Of a stretch of DNA of 64,000 bases, positions 34,401 to 47,408 are shown piece after piece (the stretch's first letter is position 1; each line of letters starts with the position of its first letter). The notes below the pieces were generated by a model. The model saw nothing but the letters and a program-made list of their open reading frames with translations, was not told the origin of the DNA and did not search any database. The stretch covers positions 1,370,757 to 1,434,756 of the forward strand of contig JAAOMT010000134.1 of NCBI GenBank assembly GCA_016748015.1, in the 5' to 3' direction. A program made the position numbers and the translations under genes. This DNA comes from Geosiphon pyriformis uo1 (taxonomy: Eukaryota > Fungi > Glomeromycota).

Positions 34401-36773
34401 GTATTCCTCTAATTTCTGATTGATAGAGTTATTAAATTGCTTCAACTTAGAATTCAATTTAGATAATTTATTTATTATTAGATTTATGGCTTGGGTGTAA
34501 TTGGCTTTAAGTTTGGCTGATTTAAAATCTTTGGTGTATATTATTGTATTTTGAAGAGTATTTGAATACATTAGATGTATTCATTGTAACAAACTACTGT
34601 GTAATCTGCAAATAAACTGGTTCAAAATCTGTGCTGCTGTAAAGTAGTCAATTTAAATTGCTTAAATTTGATACAGATTTCTGTAAAAGTGTCCCAAATA
34701 AGTAGTAACTGCTTTAATATTACTTTGTTTAATTGTAATAAAACTAGTTAATAAGCAATCAATACTGTTGTGATCACTAAAATATTGTAGAAACACGGTT
34801 TAAAATACATTAAAATTTTGTAGTTTGTTTACAAGATTTTGATATCACAAATTGGTAGTATTTTGGAAAAAGTATGAAATGGCTTGAATTGCTCTAATAT
34901 TATCTTATCTGTTAATTGTAATGGTTTTTTCTACATTATTTAGCCATGCTTAGATATTGGTCTCTTTATTGGTAAATTTTTTTAGTTTGACAATAAGTGT
35001 ATATGTTATTAGTGTAAGTTGTTATTAAGATTGTAATTGTGATTGTGGTTATGGTTGTGGTGTGGTGATTAGTGCAACTGATAGATTAATTACAATAACT
35101 AGAGATAAGTATTGCTAAAAAATAAGAGCCAGGTTTGGATTGTTTGGGTTTTATGGAGTTTAAACAATCAGAATTATGATTTTCAAATTAATTTGGATTA
35201 AGTTTTGACTATTATTTCTTTGATTGCTGTTTTTTTTTCTGACTTGGTATCTTTTTAATAACTAATAGATTTGAAATTTGGTTGAAATAGCAGTAATCAA
35301 AGTCCTAATGATATTGTTAGTTACAGTTTAAAAATTTTAAAGAAATTGTTATAGGTTTCTAATAATTTGGTTTTCTCTTGATTATTTTGAAACAGGATTT
35401 GAGATAATAGTGTTTTTATGACTGTTGTAGATATAACTGCTAATATAATATAGATGGTACTTTCAGATATATAGTAATATGACAAATTGATAAGTAAAAC
35501 AACTCTTGGTTTCTTTTAATTAGGTGGTTGTATTTTTTTTGGTGTTTTTGCTAGAGTTTGTAATTTTTCTTTGTCTGCAAAGATAATAAGAAATCTCTGT
35601 TGAGTGTATTTTTTAATTTTTTTGTTTACTTTTGTGATTAATAAGACAAACAAATAGTTTGATAAAAGTGTGATGCTATATAATAATTTATTATAGAAAT
35701 TTTTAAAGGCAGTTTTTGAATCTTTTTGGTTTTCCAAATAAGATTTAATTTTTTTATTGATATAGAAATCGAAAGCTAATTTTATTAACCAATATTATTT
35801 GTCAATTTAAAGTAAATTTGGTAATATTAAAATAAGAATTTTATGAATCTTAAATAATTTTTTTCTATAATTTCTTGGTCTGCCACTTTTTCAGATAATT
35901 AATGTTGGTGCTGGTTTTTTGTTAAATTATATTTTACAGAGAGCACTAAATGTTACAGATAATTATTTGGGGTGTTAGTACAAATAACAAACTCATAACT
36001 TAGTACTTAATAGCTGATAATGTTGGTAATTTCTAAAGGTTTTGAAGTCTGAAGGTTTTGGTTAAGTCTTTTGTATAATGAACAGAGATTTAATTGATGG
36101 TTTTTTTTATGAATTTTTTTTAGCATAGTGGCTTGTTTATTCTGACAATTATGCTCTTCTGGTAAGCTATTCTTAAATTTCTACTCTTATTCTCAGGTCT
36201 TTTATCAGACTATTTTTGATGTCAAATATTTAGTGCTTAATCTCTTTAATTAATTAGTAAACAACCAAAAAACAAAACAAAAAAAAATATAAAAAAATAT
36301 AAAAAAAATTAGTATTTTATTAATAGTTATAATCAAGAGCTATTAGTCTAATATGATTAAGTGTTGAATTCTATCAACATAGAGTGTTAATAATAGTAAA
36401 GTAATTAATACTCTTTAATCAAGCAATAATAACATGGATTGAATGATAATTAAATATTTTTATTAATATTAATAAGTTTCTATTTCAAATTATAGAAAAC
36501 TATCTTTTAAAGAAAAAGTATTGTAGTTTTAAAGTCTATTGAATTCTGTATACTTTTTTGTTTCTAATACTCTTATTATATATACATAATTTGTATTATA
36601 TGAGATTCTTGAAAATTCTGCAATTTCTCAAGAAAATTCTGGAATTTTAGAATTCTATAATTTTCCAAAAAAAATCCTAAAATTCTGGAATCCTGCAATT
36701 TTCTATTTTACTATGCTTATTTCTAATTGACTATTCTATTTATTATTATAATTCCTAATTTTTATAAATAATA
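31464..36773 (-). mobile_element. Gypsy family B copy B3, old (5' LTR ~35951-36773; gag, protease, Cys-rich domain, dUTPase ~31735-32150); interrupted by A2/A1
   Basis: ORFs 35516-35737, 34323-34571, 33546-33815, 31940-32383 and 31644-31838 match B2; decayed PBS ~35932-35948. Confidence 0.88.
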
Positions 36774-36777
36774 ATAT

Positions 36778-39700
36778 AAAGAATTTTAATTAAACTCCAA
36801 AAAATTCATGAATATAAACCAAAAAAACTTTAGGAACACTTTTAAAGAATATTGATTTTTTGAGTAACAATAATGATAATGCTTTATTAAATATCCTTTC
36901 AGTTTTTTTTTCTCTTTAAAAAATCTGGTTAATATGTCTGTTAAGAAGTTTTTTGTTTTGGATATTAGTTTAAACAAAGTTAATAGGAAATTGTCTTAAG
37001 AAAAACTTATTGTAATCAAAAAATTGTTTTCAAAAATCAATGGTTTTGGAAAAGCATCTATTTTCTCAAAATTTACTAGTGTTATTAAAGCTATGTTTAT
37101 TTTCAAATCTAGTATAATACAGATAACAAATTTAACAAAGACTGAAAATATTTTAGTAAATACCAATCTTAAGAAATCTGTAGTATAATTAAATTAGACT
37201 GTAGTAGTTAAAAAAATTTTTGTAAGAATTTTTGTAGAGGCTATGTATATTGTGCTTTTTGAATTTAAAAGTTATTAAGTCAATCAAAATACAACTAATA
37301 AGACTATGGCAAAAAACTATTATTGAATTTAAGTAATCTGATTATGCTAATTTAACTGTGACAAAATAATCTATTTTAATTAAAAAAGATGCTATAAAAT
37401 TTATTAGGACTAATATGGACAAGGAAACATGAGATACAAGAGACTGCAATAGAACACTATTCATTATATTGCTAGTAAGTACAATTATTTTTGATATATA
37501 AAATTTTATTAGATTAATAGGTAAAAAAAACTTGTATTATTAACTGATATTTAATTATATATATTAGAGTTAGATGTACTATGGTGTGTTTTGATTCAGA
37601 GTTTTTATTAAATACTGTTATAAAAATTATACTAATACTTAAAAATGCTAATTTGTATTGATTTTATCTAAATTTAACCAAATATGTCAAGTATAGAAAC
37701 TTAAATTATATTATATTAAGTTGTGTTGTTTGTAAAAAAGTTTTTTCTGGTAATTTATTCTGTAAAGTGTTCTCTAAAGCAAATAAAAGCAGACTAATTG
37801 TTATTTATATTAAGTAATTAAGTTTTATAGCTTATTTAGTGTTTTTTAATAGTGTTTCTTAAATAAAAATTGTTAATAAATTTTTATTTTCTCTTTTTCT
37901 AATACAAAATAATTTTTTAAGTTTTGGTCTTTCTTTAGAAATAAAGTTTTCCTTACTAATATCAAAAGCAATAAATAATAAATTTGTTGTTCTCAAGTAC
38001 AGTTTTGCTAGTTTTGTTAAGCAAGTTAACTAGCTGGCTAAGAAATTAAATACATTTGAGTCAATGGTTTTCCAGTTTAGCTTTAAATGTCAGCTGTTAG
38101 TAATTTCTTTATTACAAGATTTAAAAAAAAAATAAACAATTTGTTAATTATAATTATGGGTCTATTGGCCAAAGTAGATAATAAGAGTTTGAATTTGGAC
38201 ATCTTTCTTTAATAATAACTAATTTGATTTAGAAAATTGCTATATACAATGTTAAGAATATAAACAATTCTGCTAAGCAAGAAAATATTATTTGTTAACA
38301 TAAAGAAATAAACAATTTGATTTCTATTATTACTAAGACAAAATTAAAATGTAAGATTTATTTATAAATTGTTAACAAGTTTAATAATATTTAAGTGTTT
38401 ACCTTTGGTTTAAATTCTGGTTACTTGGATTTTGATGTTATAATTATTATGAATATTATATTGGTAAGACATATATACAAAGTTTTTAAGATTGCTAATC
38501 AGCTTTTGTCTGTTAAGCTGCTTTTTAAAAATAAACTTTCTGTGTTAATTTTAAAGTTGTATGTTAATACTGCTTTGGTAATGTGTTTGGCTTAAGCTGA
38601 AAAAATTAACTTACTAATTATGAAGGCTATAAATAAATTTTTTTTTATAATTTTGGGTGGTAGTTTTAATAAAAATAATTCTTATAAATGTACTAGCTTT
38701 AAGAAGTGTCTTGATTTAAGACTAGTTAATTTTTTAGTAAGAAGCTCAGTTACAAAAATTTCAACATAAAAAAATTTTAAAAGTGCTAAAAAAACAATTA
38801 ATTACATATTTGTTTCTTTAAATTTAATTAATACAATAATAGATTGTGCAGTTTTAGATATTAGTAAGCACTTTAATATTAATTATTAGGCTGTTTTTGT
38901 ATCTGTAAATTTAAGTAATTTATTGAATATATATTTAATTTTTTTTATAAACAAGCAAATTAGAATTTTTGGAAATTTAATTTTAAAAATACTAATAATA
39001 CTAAATAGACTAGTTTCAAAAATGCTATTATGATTAATATTACAATATTTTTTAACAAGTTTATAACAACCAAAAAATTTTTAGATCTAAATATAATATG
39101 AAATATTATTTATAAAATAATGTGTCTATTAGCCAATAAGATGCTTAAAAAAAAATAGTTCAAGAATTTTAATGATATTTTTACCAAAAAATTTTTTAAG
39201 TTCTATAAGTTAGAAGTTTTGGTATTGAAAATTGTTAAATTTTTACATATAAGACTCAGTAGTAAGTTTGCTTCTTTGATGAAATACTAGATGTTTCTGA
39301 ATAGTAATAAAACTTTGTATATTTAAGTTTTGTTGGATTCTAATGCTAATTTTAATAATATAAGATTTGTTTTATCTGATATAAGAAAATTCTATTATAT
39401 TTTTAAACTTGTTAAATTACTAAAAACTAAAGAATTAATTATTAGATCTGCTATTAACAAGTATATAGAGAGCTTTGCTGTTAATAAGAATTATATAATC
39501 AAAAGTATTGAAGCATTTATTTTAGAAAATGGTTTTAAATTATCTAGTTGTTAATAATAAATTAGTTTTGATTTTTAAAGAGATTAAATCTAAAATTAAT
39601 ATAATAATAGAGAGTTAAACAAAGAAAAAATTGGGTTTGGACAGTGTTTTCAATCTGTGGTGTTGTTAATATCTGCTGCTAACTTATGTAAATAATAATA

Positions 39701-41047
39701 CTTTTTCTGGTATTATTATTTATAATAATATGTTATAGATAATTAAGAATTTATTTAATAAAAAAGCCACTAACTTGTTTAGTATTACTAATATGCTTTA
39801 AAAACATTTCAATGTTTTGGTTTTTAAAATGTTTTTGCATCTTTTAAACTTTTGTTTAGTATATAAATTCATATTTCAATCTTAGAAAAAGGTTTAAGTG
39901 TTAATAATTTTTAAACTTTACAAATAAAAAAATGGTTTAACCAATACTAAACTAATTTTTTTGATTAAAACTACTTAAAAAATTCTTTTTAAGATACTTT
40001 TAATAGAATTTTATTAGTCTGTAAAAGATTTAATATTCTTTATAATAACAATTTTTCTGTATTAAAAAACATTACTACTTAGTTTCTTATTTTATAATAG
40101 ACTTAGTAATTAAGAATATATTAAAAAAGAATTATAAACTTTGACTGGTCTTGTAAAATATGTAAAAAGTTTATAATTCTGTTGATTGGCTTTATTTAAA
40201 AAATAGTTTGATTCGAATAAAAATGTGTGAGCAGTTTATTAGGTTTTTTGATAGTATTTATAATAATAAAATTAATTAAGTTATAATAAATTATGAACTT
40301 ATAAATAAGTACTAGATGTATAATAGTCTGAATTAAAATAATGTTTTCTTCTTTCTGCTTTGAAAAAATTTTTATGATCTCTTTTTATGTAAAGTTAAAA
40401 GACATAAAAGCTTATATAATTATTATATTGACTCTAAATTTGTTGCTAAAATTAATAAAATTAAAAACCAAGCTAAATAGACTTCTTATCTAGTGGTTAA
40501 TACTTTTATTAATAATACAATTTAGGTAAAAAATAGTTAAGTTGCTATTTAATATATTTTGAATATTGTCAGTAAATTTTTTAATATTAATGATATTTTA
40601 TTTAATAATAAAAAACAGTAGTTATTTCTATTAATCAAAAAATCAATAGTGCTTTATTATTAATAAGTAGTCTACCTATTTCTGTTGTATAAAAAAAGAG
40701 TTCTATAGATATTTAAGTATTTTTTTGTTTTTTAAAAGTCTATTTAAACTTAATTTAATAAAAACTTATTTGAATATTAAGTTTTTTGCCAATATAATCT
40801 TAAAAAAAGCTATTTTAAATAAGCAGTTTCTTTATTTGGTCTTAGCTATACTGCAATCTATTGTTAATTATAAGATTCAATTTAATTTTATTTCTAAAAG
40901 TATATATAACAAATGAGACATACTAATTAAAAAAAGTTTAAGAATAAAAGCTAGGCTTACCAAAAAATTTTTCCAATAAGACTTTTTGTCATCCATTTTT
41001 GTATAACTTGAAAACATTCGAGCAAGTGCAAACAAAGAGTAAAATAA
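36778..41047 (+). mobile_element. Highly decayed LINE (ORF1 ~36800-38140; ORF2 with APE endonuclease and RT from ~38215)
   Basis: KIAIYNVKNIN..ITKTKL (APE NVxG/ETK), ILGGSFN (GDFN), LTNTKLIFLI (NxRPIxL), NM*KVYNSV (DxxKAYDSV), TFINNTI (F.DD); no LTR. Confidence 0.75.
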
Positions 41048-42806
41048 TATTACTTATGAAATAGAAATTATAATAGATAAAAAAATAGCCAATAAGAAAA
41101 AAGTGTAGTAAAAAAAGAAATTCCAGAATTCTAGAATTTTTTTTAAGAAATTACAGAATTTTAAAATTTTTTTCAAAAAAATTGAAAAATTTTAAGAAAT
41201 TTTGTATAACACAAATTATATATATATAATAAGAATGTTAAAAGCAGAAAAAAAAATTGCAAAACAGTTTAAAGTTCAGAACAATTAAAGATAAGTAATT
41301 ATTTAATACTTTTTTCTTTAAAAGATAGTTTTTTATAACTTAAAATGAAACTATATTTATATTAATAAAACATTTATTATTATTCAAATTTATATTATTA
41401 TTATTTGATTAAGAAATATTAATTAATTCCATATTATCAACACTTTATATTAATATAATTTAATATTTAATTATACTAACCAATAGTTTTTGATCATGGC
41501 TATTAACAAGATATTAATTTTTTATTTTTATTTTTTTATTTTGTTTTCTTTATTGTTTACTAATTAATTAAAAAATTAAGTACTAAGTAATTGACATCAA
41601 AGATAGTTTGGTAAAAGATCTGTAAAACAAAAGTAGAAAAACTTAAAAATAGCTTATTAGAAAAGCATAACTGTTAAAATAAACTGGCCACCATGCTAAA
41701 GACAAAAATTGGAAAAAACTATCATTTGAAACTCTGTCTATTTTACAAAAAACTTAACCAAAACTTTCAAACTCCAAAATCTTCAGAAACTATTATTATC
41801 AATAATTATTAAGCACTAAATTATGAGCTTGTTATTTGTTTTAATATCCCAAATAATCACTTATAAAATTTGGTGTTTTTTGTAAGATATAATTCAACAG
41901 AGAACTAGCACTATAACAACTATTCAGAAAAGTGGCAAAATTAAAAGTAATAAAAACAAACTATTTAGAATTTGCCAAATCTTTATTCTAATAATATTAA
42001 CAATAGTTAAGATTAATTAACAATTATTTTTTAACCAAATCAGTCTTTTATTTTTATATCAATGAAAGAATTGTATATTTTTAAAAGAACAAACAAATTT
42101 TGAATTAGCAAAAAGAAATTTCTATAACAAATTACTTTAATACACTAATTTATTATTGAATTATAATTTTGTTTTAATTATTACTAAAATTAATTGCGAA
42201 ATTAAAAAATATATTCAACAAATATTTTCAATAACATTTACAAACAAAAACAACAACAAAATACAAATATTAGTAAATACACTTAAATCAATACAACTTT
42301 TTAACTAGAAGAAACCCAAAGTTGTTTTTTTATTATATTTATCTTATCATTATATATTAAGAAATACTATTTATATATCATTAGAATCCATATTACTGTA
42401 AACTGCAAAGACATCTATAACTTAAGTTTTATTTTAAAACAACCAAAAAAAAGCCAACTATTAAAAACATACAGTGATTATTTCAAAGAATTTAAATTGT
42501 AAGCAACAATACTATTAAGACTTTGATTATTACTACTTCAACCAAATTTTAGATCTATTAATAATTGGACAAACACTGATTTAGAAGAAAAAAAAGACAG
42601 TAATTAGAAAAATAATTATTAAAACCTGATTTTAAATAATCTGAAAGTCCAAACTTTAATTGTTTAAATTCAGCAAAACCCAAATAATCTAAATTCTGCT
42701 TCTATTTTTTTATAAAACTTACTTTTAATTATTTCAATTAATTAATTGCCAATAGTACCAATTTAATAACTTTAACAATAACAACTTACACAAATAGTAT
42801 ATATAC
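41048..42806 (+). mobile_element. Gypsy family B copy B4, old (5' LTR ~41048-41868, PBS 41871-41887, 5' part of gag); interrupted by B5
   Basis: Matches the B LTR and gag N-domain; PBS decayed to TGGTGTTTTTTGTAAG. Confidence 0.82.
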
Positions 42807-44612
42807 TGTTATATATAGAAAAAACAGATAGACCAATAGAAAAATAGTAGTTAACATGTGAGTACATTGTTTAGCAATATGGAGTATTATCAAGAATTAT
42901 GACACATTGCTTAACAATATGAAGCAATGTCAAAAAATCATAACACATTGTTCAGCAATATGAGCATTGCTTAAAAAAGTATAGCATATCACTTGAGAAT
43001 ATAAGTAATTTTATAAAACTTAAATTATATATATATAACAAGAATATTAGAAGCAGAAAAGACAAAATCTCCAATTAGAGCCAATACTATGATCTCTCAG
43101 TGTTACTTATAAAAAAAATGTATAAAGAAAAATAGTAAGAAAACAGATAGACCAATAGAAAAGTAGTAGTTAACATATAAGCATATTGCTCAGCAATATA
43201 GAACAATATTAAAAATTACAGCACATTGCTCAGCAATGTGGAGCAATATTAGAAAATTAGGGCACATTGCTCAAGAAATTACAGTGAACTCTTTTTATAG
43301 TCCCTCTGGTTATAGTTACTATCTTCTTATAATCACATTTTTTTAAAAACGAAAACCATTTATATATAATATTATCTTCTTATAGTCACTTTTACTATAT
43401 ATATCTCCTTATAGTTCCTATTCTCACAAATATAATAGCAGAATATAAGTAATTTCCACTCTCTATAGTCACACTATAATCATATGATATTAGATATGAA
43501 CATCAAATGTTATCTCATATTTAATTGAACATATACAATCAGGGAGATTTCCTGATTTGTCAATGAAAATTATTCTTTTTATGATAGTAAAAAAAATTAG
43601 AGAAGTTTCTAAAAACAATTGTAGAACACTAAACAAAATTTCTGAAATATTATAATATTCAATTATTCTTTTTTTTTATAAGCTGCCACTGCCATCAGAA
43701 GACAATAACAGAACTATTATATTTGACTTGTTGTTTATGGGTATTATGAGAGTTTTAATAATAGTTGACATATAATACAGTACTGCTGCTCTTGATGTTT
43801 TAGAAACTGGTAGTGCTTTAGAGGCTGGTAGTGCTTTGGAGACTGTTGCTGTAAGTATCAATGAAGTTATTTTGGATCAAACTTTGGCTAATGAGATTAC
43901 TTTTTCTCCATATTAGAAGAAGAAATTAACAGACCTATAAGTGAAAATAATGGCCCAATGGGATTTTTTGAAAACAAGTTTGTTAATGGGACATTGCTCA
44001 AGCAAATCAACTGGGAATAGAGTTCAAATTTATCTTTTCTTAGGAAAAGAAATGTGACCAGTAATAAAATTCAGAGCATAAAAATTCCAATATATATTCA
44101 ATAAATACATTTTTACACCAACTTTGGCATCTGTGATTAAAAAAAGGCTTCATACTAGCAATCATATTCATTATTCGACCAATATTTAGTATTAGTGAGT
44201 GAAAGTTTGACTGATAGTTTTAAAGATGTATTAAAAATCAACTTTTTTAAAGCAAATAAATCCGTGTTAAATGCTTTTTATAATTCAAACATAATCACAC
44301 AGAATGGAAATTTGGACCTAGACTCAACATATCATGTTTTAAAAATGCCAATTATAAATAGTAATGCACTCAATCCAAGGTAAACAAAACTATACACAAT
44401 ACAATATATTTCTAACTTCTTAAAGAATATTTATTAGGCTGTTACACAATTAACTTGATAAGCTTCGAAAACATGATCACTTAAAAGAGGTATTAGAGAG
44501 TTAATAATAGGTAATAGTTGTGATTTTATTAACAGATTTACATTTTTTGATAATCTGTTTCTTCACTTATTACTGGAATTGGTTTCCAAGTACTTAACAA
44601 TGTTTTCTTAAT

Positions 44613-45464
44613 TTATCTTGCTTTAAGAAAGTCTATTCTTTTTATCTGTGCAATTTTACTGAATTTTTTTATTTCTTTATTTAATATCCATTCATAACCA
44701 ATATAATGAAAAACATGATTAGAGACATTTGGATTTAAAAACTGTGTCTTTCTTATCTGAACTCGAAATTGATTTGATTCAGCAATAAAGCTAGGACATG
44801 TATGAGACCTGTATATTTTATTTTTAGAATATCTGATAACATTAAAGAGGTTAGTATGCAATCTCTCAAATTTGATACAGTTATGCACTATAATTTCCCA
44901 ATGCCATTGTGAAGGTGTAAAAAGAATCAATGATTTGAGCATTTTGTTAATTTTTTTAAGTATTGCATCATGGCCTTAATGTTGATTTGAAAGTTTAGAT
45001 CAAGAAATTACAATTTTTTCTTGAATTAGCTTGCAAACTTCAGACTTCAATCGTAGCCATTGTTCTTTATCAGCAATTTCAATTAATTGGTAAATAGGAT
45101 GACACTGAGCAGACCAAATTGGTGTAAACATTCATCTAGCCATGAGTCTTAATAAAGACCTATTGAAACAAACTCTAGTGTAAAAGTTAATAATTGCTTG
45201 TAAATAAAAAAAAACTTGTTCATACTTTAACCTGAACATGGGATCTGTTTCATTTTGAGCCTATTCTAAGTAACTTTCAACAGATAGATTTTTCTTAAAA
45301 ACAACATATGGCCACATTAATTCAGAAGTCATTGCATGCCTATATATATTACATATTGAATTCTACGACTTATGATGATTAGGACATTTTTTAAAAAACT
45401 GCAGTTGACTTTTACTCTGATATCCCTAATATTGTGTAAAGTATTTTATATTAATATTCCAATT
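44613..45464 (-). pseudogene. 5'-truncated ~285-codon gene fragment inside pogo; tentatively DUF6589-like putative transposase, C-terminal half
   Basis: One frame through ORF 44613-44942 with only Q/W/R-type stops; motifs GY.S..QL..FKKC.NHHKS, ELMWPY, HPIY, GHDAILKKINK.LK; family assignment from memory only. Confidence 0.55.
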
Positions 45465-45848
45465 GATATAGGCATTGCTGTGTTTGGAGGGTTTGACAAC
45501 ATAACATTGTGCTATCTTTTACATAATTATACAAGTATGCAAAAAATCAAATTAACAGCTTTTATTATTGATCATTAGTTAGAAGTAAAAGGCAAAAATT
45601 GTCACAGATGCATTATCGAAATTAGGTTTTTTTTTACCGAGAATCTGTCATTTGCACTTAGAATCCTACAGTTGGATTAAAACCTTTATTTTTATAATTT
45701 GGCCACTTTTTATAATCTGAGGTATCTCATATGACATGAGATACTTTACATGTCCGATTAAATATAAGGCAAAATAACATTTGAAACATAACAGATACAT
45801 CAATGCGTTATAAAAGCAAAATACAATAAAAAGTGTGTTCTTATTAAC

Positions 45849-47408
45849 ATGTCAAAAAACGCAAACCAAAAGTAAGCAGCAATCTCCTTGAAGACTAAAA
45901 AGGCTCTTTGTCAGTACAAACTAAAGCATCCTGACTACTCAGCAAATAAACTTATCAAAATATTTAATCTAAAAGTTGACTGTTCTACTGTAACAAAGAT
46001 ATTCGCAAAATCAGATTGATAGATTGAAAAGAATGTATCTAACAACTCTGGTCAATTGACAAAGGACAGGAAAGAGATGTTTCTGAAAATAAATAATATA
46101 CTAAGAGAATAGATACTTGGAGCACTAGCTATCAACTGCATTTTTACTGGAAAAATTTTACAAACAAAAGCCTTCAAGTTTGCTGAAAAGTTTCTAGAAG
46201 AAAATAACTTTAAAGCATCAGATGGTTGGTTAAAAAAGTTCAAGAAACATCATAATTTGCACCACATTAAGATGTATGGTAAAGCAAACAGTGCCCCCTT
46301 GGAAATTTTACTAGAGAAACAAAAGAAGCTGTATGAAATTATCAGCAAATATGATCTAAATGATGTTTACAATGCTGATGAGACAACATTATTCTTTAGA
46401 ATGCCACCAAATACAACTTTGGCAACAAAATTTATCTCTGGCATCAAGTGTGATAAGAGTCAAATTACCATACTTCTTGCTTGTAATGCAACAGACAGCA
46501 TCAAATTGCAGTTTTTAATTATTGACAAAGCCACAAAGCCATGATGTTTTCGCAATATTAATATGAATACACTTCCAATTACTTATTGTTACAATACAAA
46601 AACATGAATGCAAACCAATATTTTTAGTGAATGGCTTAATTTATTAAATGAAAAAATGCGTCACAAAAAAAAAAAGATTTTTCTATTGCTTAATAATACT
46701 GGTCCCCATGGTAAAGAACCTTCCATATTATCTAATATTATAATTAGATACTTACCATCTAATACAACATCCCATTTGCAACCATTAGATGCAGAAATTA
46801 TTGCATTTTTTAAGACACAATACCAAAAGTTGTTTCTTTTCCATCTTATTAATCAGTATAATGGCAAGATTCCAATATCAACAGTAACATTAAAGGATGC
46901 AGTTGACTTTCTAATTAATGTGTGGTTAGTGGTAACAACAACTACAATTCAAAACTGTTGGTGTCATACAAAAATTCTGAATAATAGTCAAATGCTAGCC
47001 CATCTATTAGATATTGAACAAGAACTCCTACAAGAAGTACAAATTCTTATTGAGCACATTGATATTGACAAGCTATTGGCAATAGATTTCATTAATATTG
47101 ACAAGTTTAAATCATTATTCACTTATGCTTCAAAGGATAAAATTGTGGATCTTATTAACAACAAGTATAGTGAAAATTCTAATGCAAATGAAGATTTAGA
47201 AAGTGAAAATGAAAATGAATCTTTGCTTTTGCTATCTACACATCAAGGTAAAATTGCACTTGAAGATACATTGTGCTATTGTAAAGAGCAGTATAATGAA
47301 AAAGTTGATTCAGACTTTTTTAAAACTTTGAGAACATTAATTCATAATACTGTTCTCAAAGTTCAAGAAGAAAAAAAACAGTTGCAAATAGATAGCTTTT
47401 TTAAATAA
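45849..47408 (+). pseudogene. pogo/Tigger transposase (CENP-B-type HTH plus DDE/D domain)
   Basis: FKASDGWLKKFKK, VYNADETTLFF, LLLNN..PH (D>N), LPSNTTSHLQPLD; single frame with internal stops. Confidence 0.93.

Noticed and set aside
45372-45578. Plus-strand 68-aa ORF in pogo as a TilS-like fragment (AVFGGFDNITL..IDH)
   Set aside because: Only a short by-eye resemblance to the PP-loop motif, overlapping the minus-strand cargo; cannot be supported without a search.
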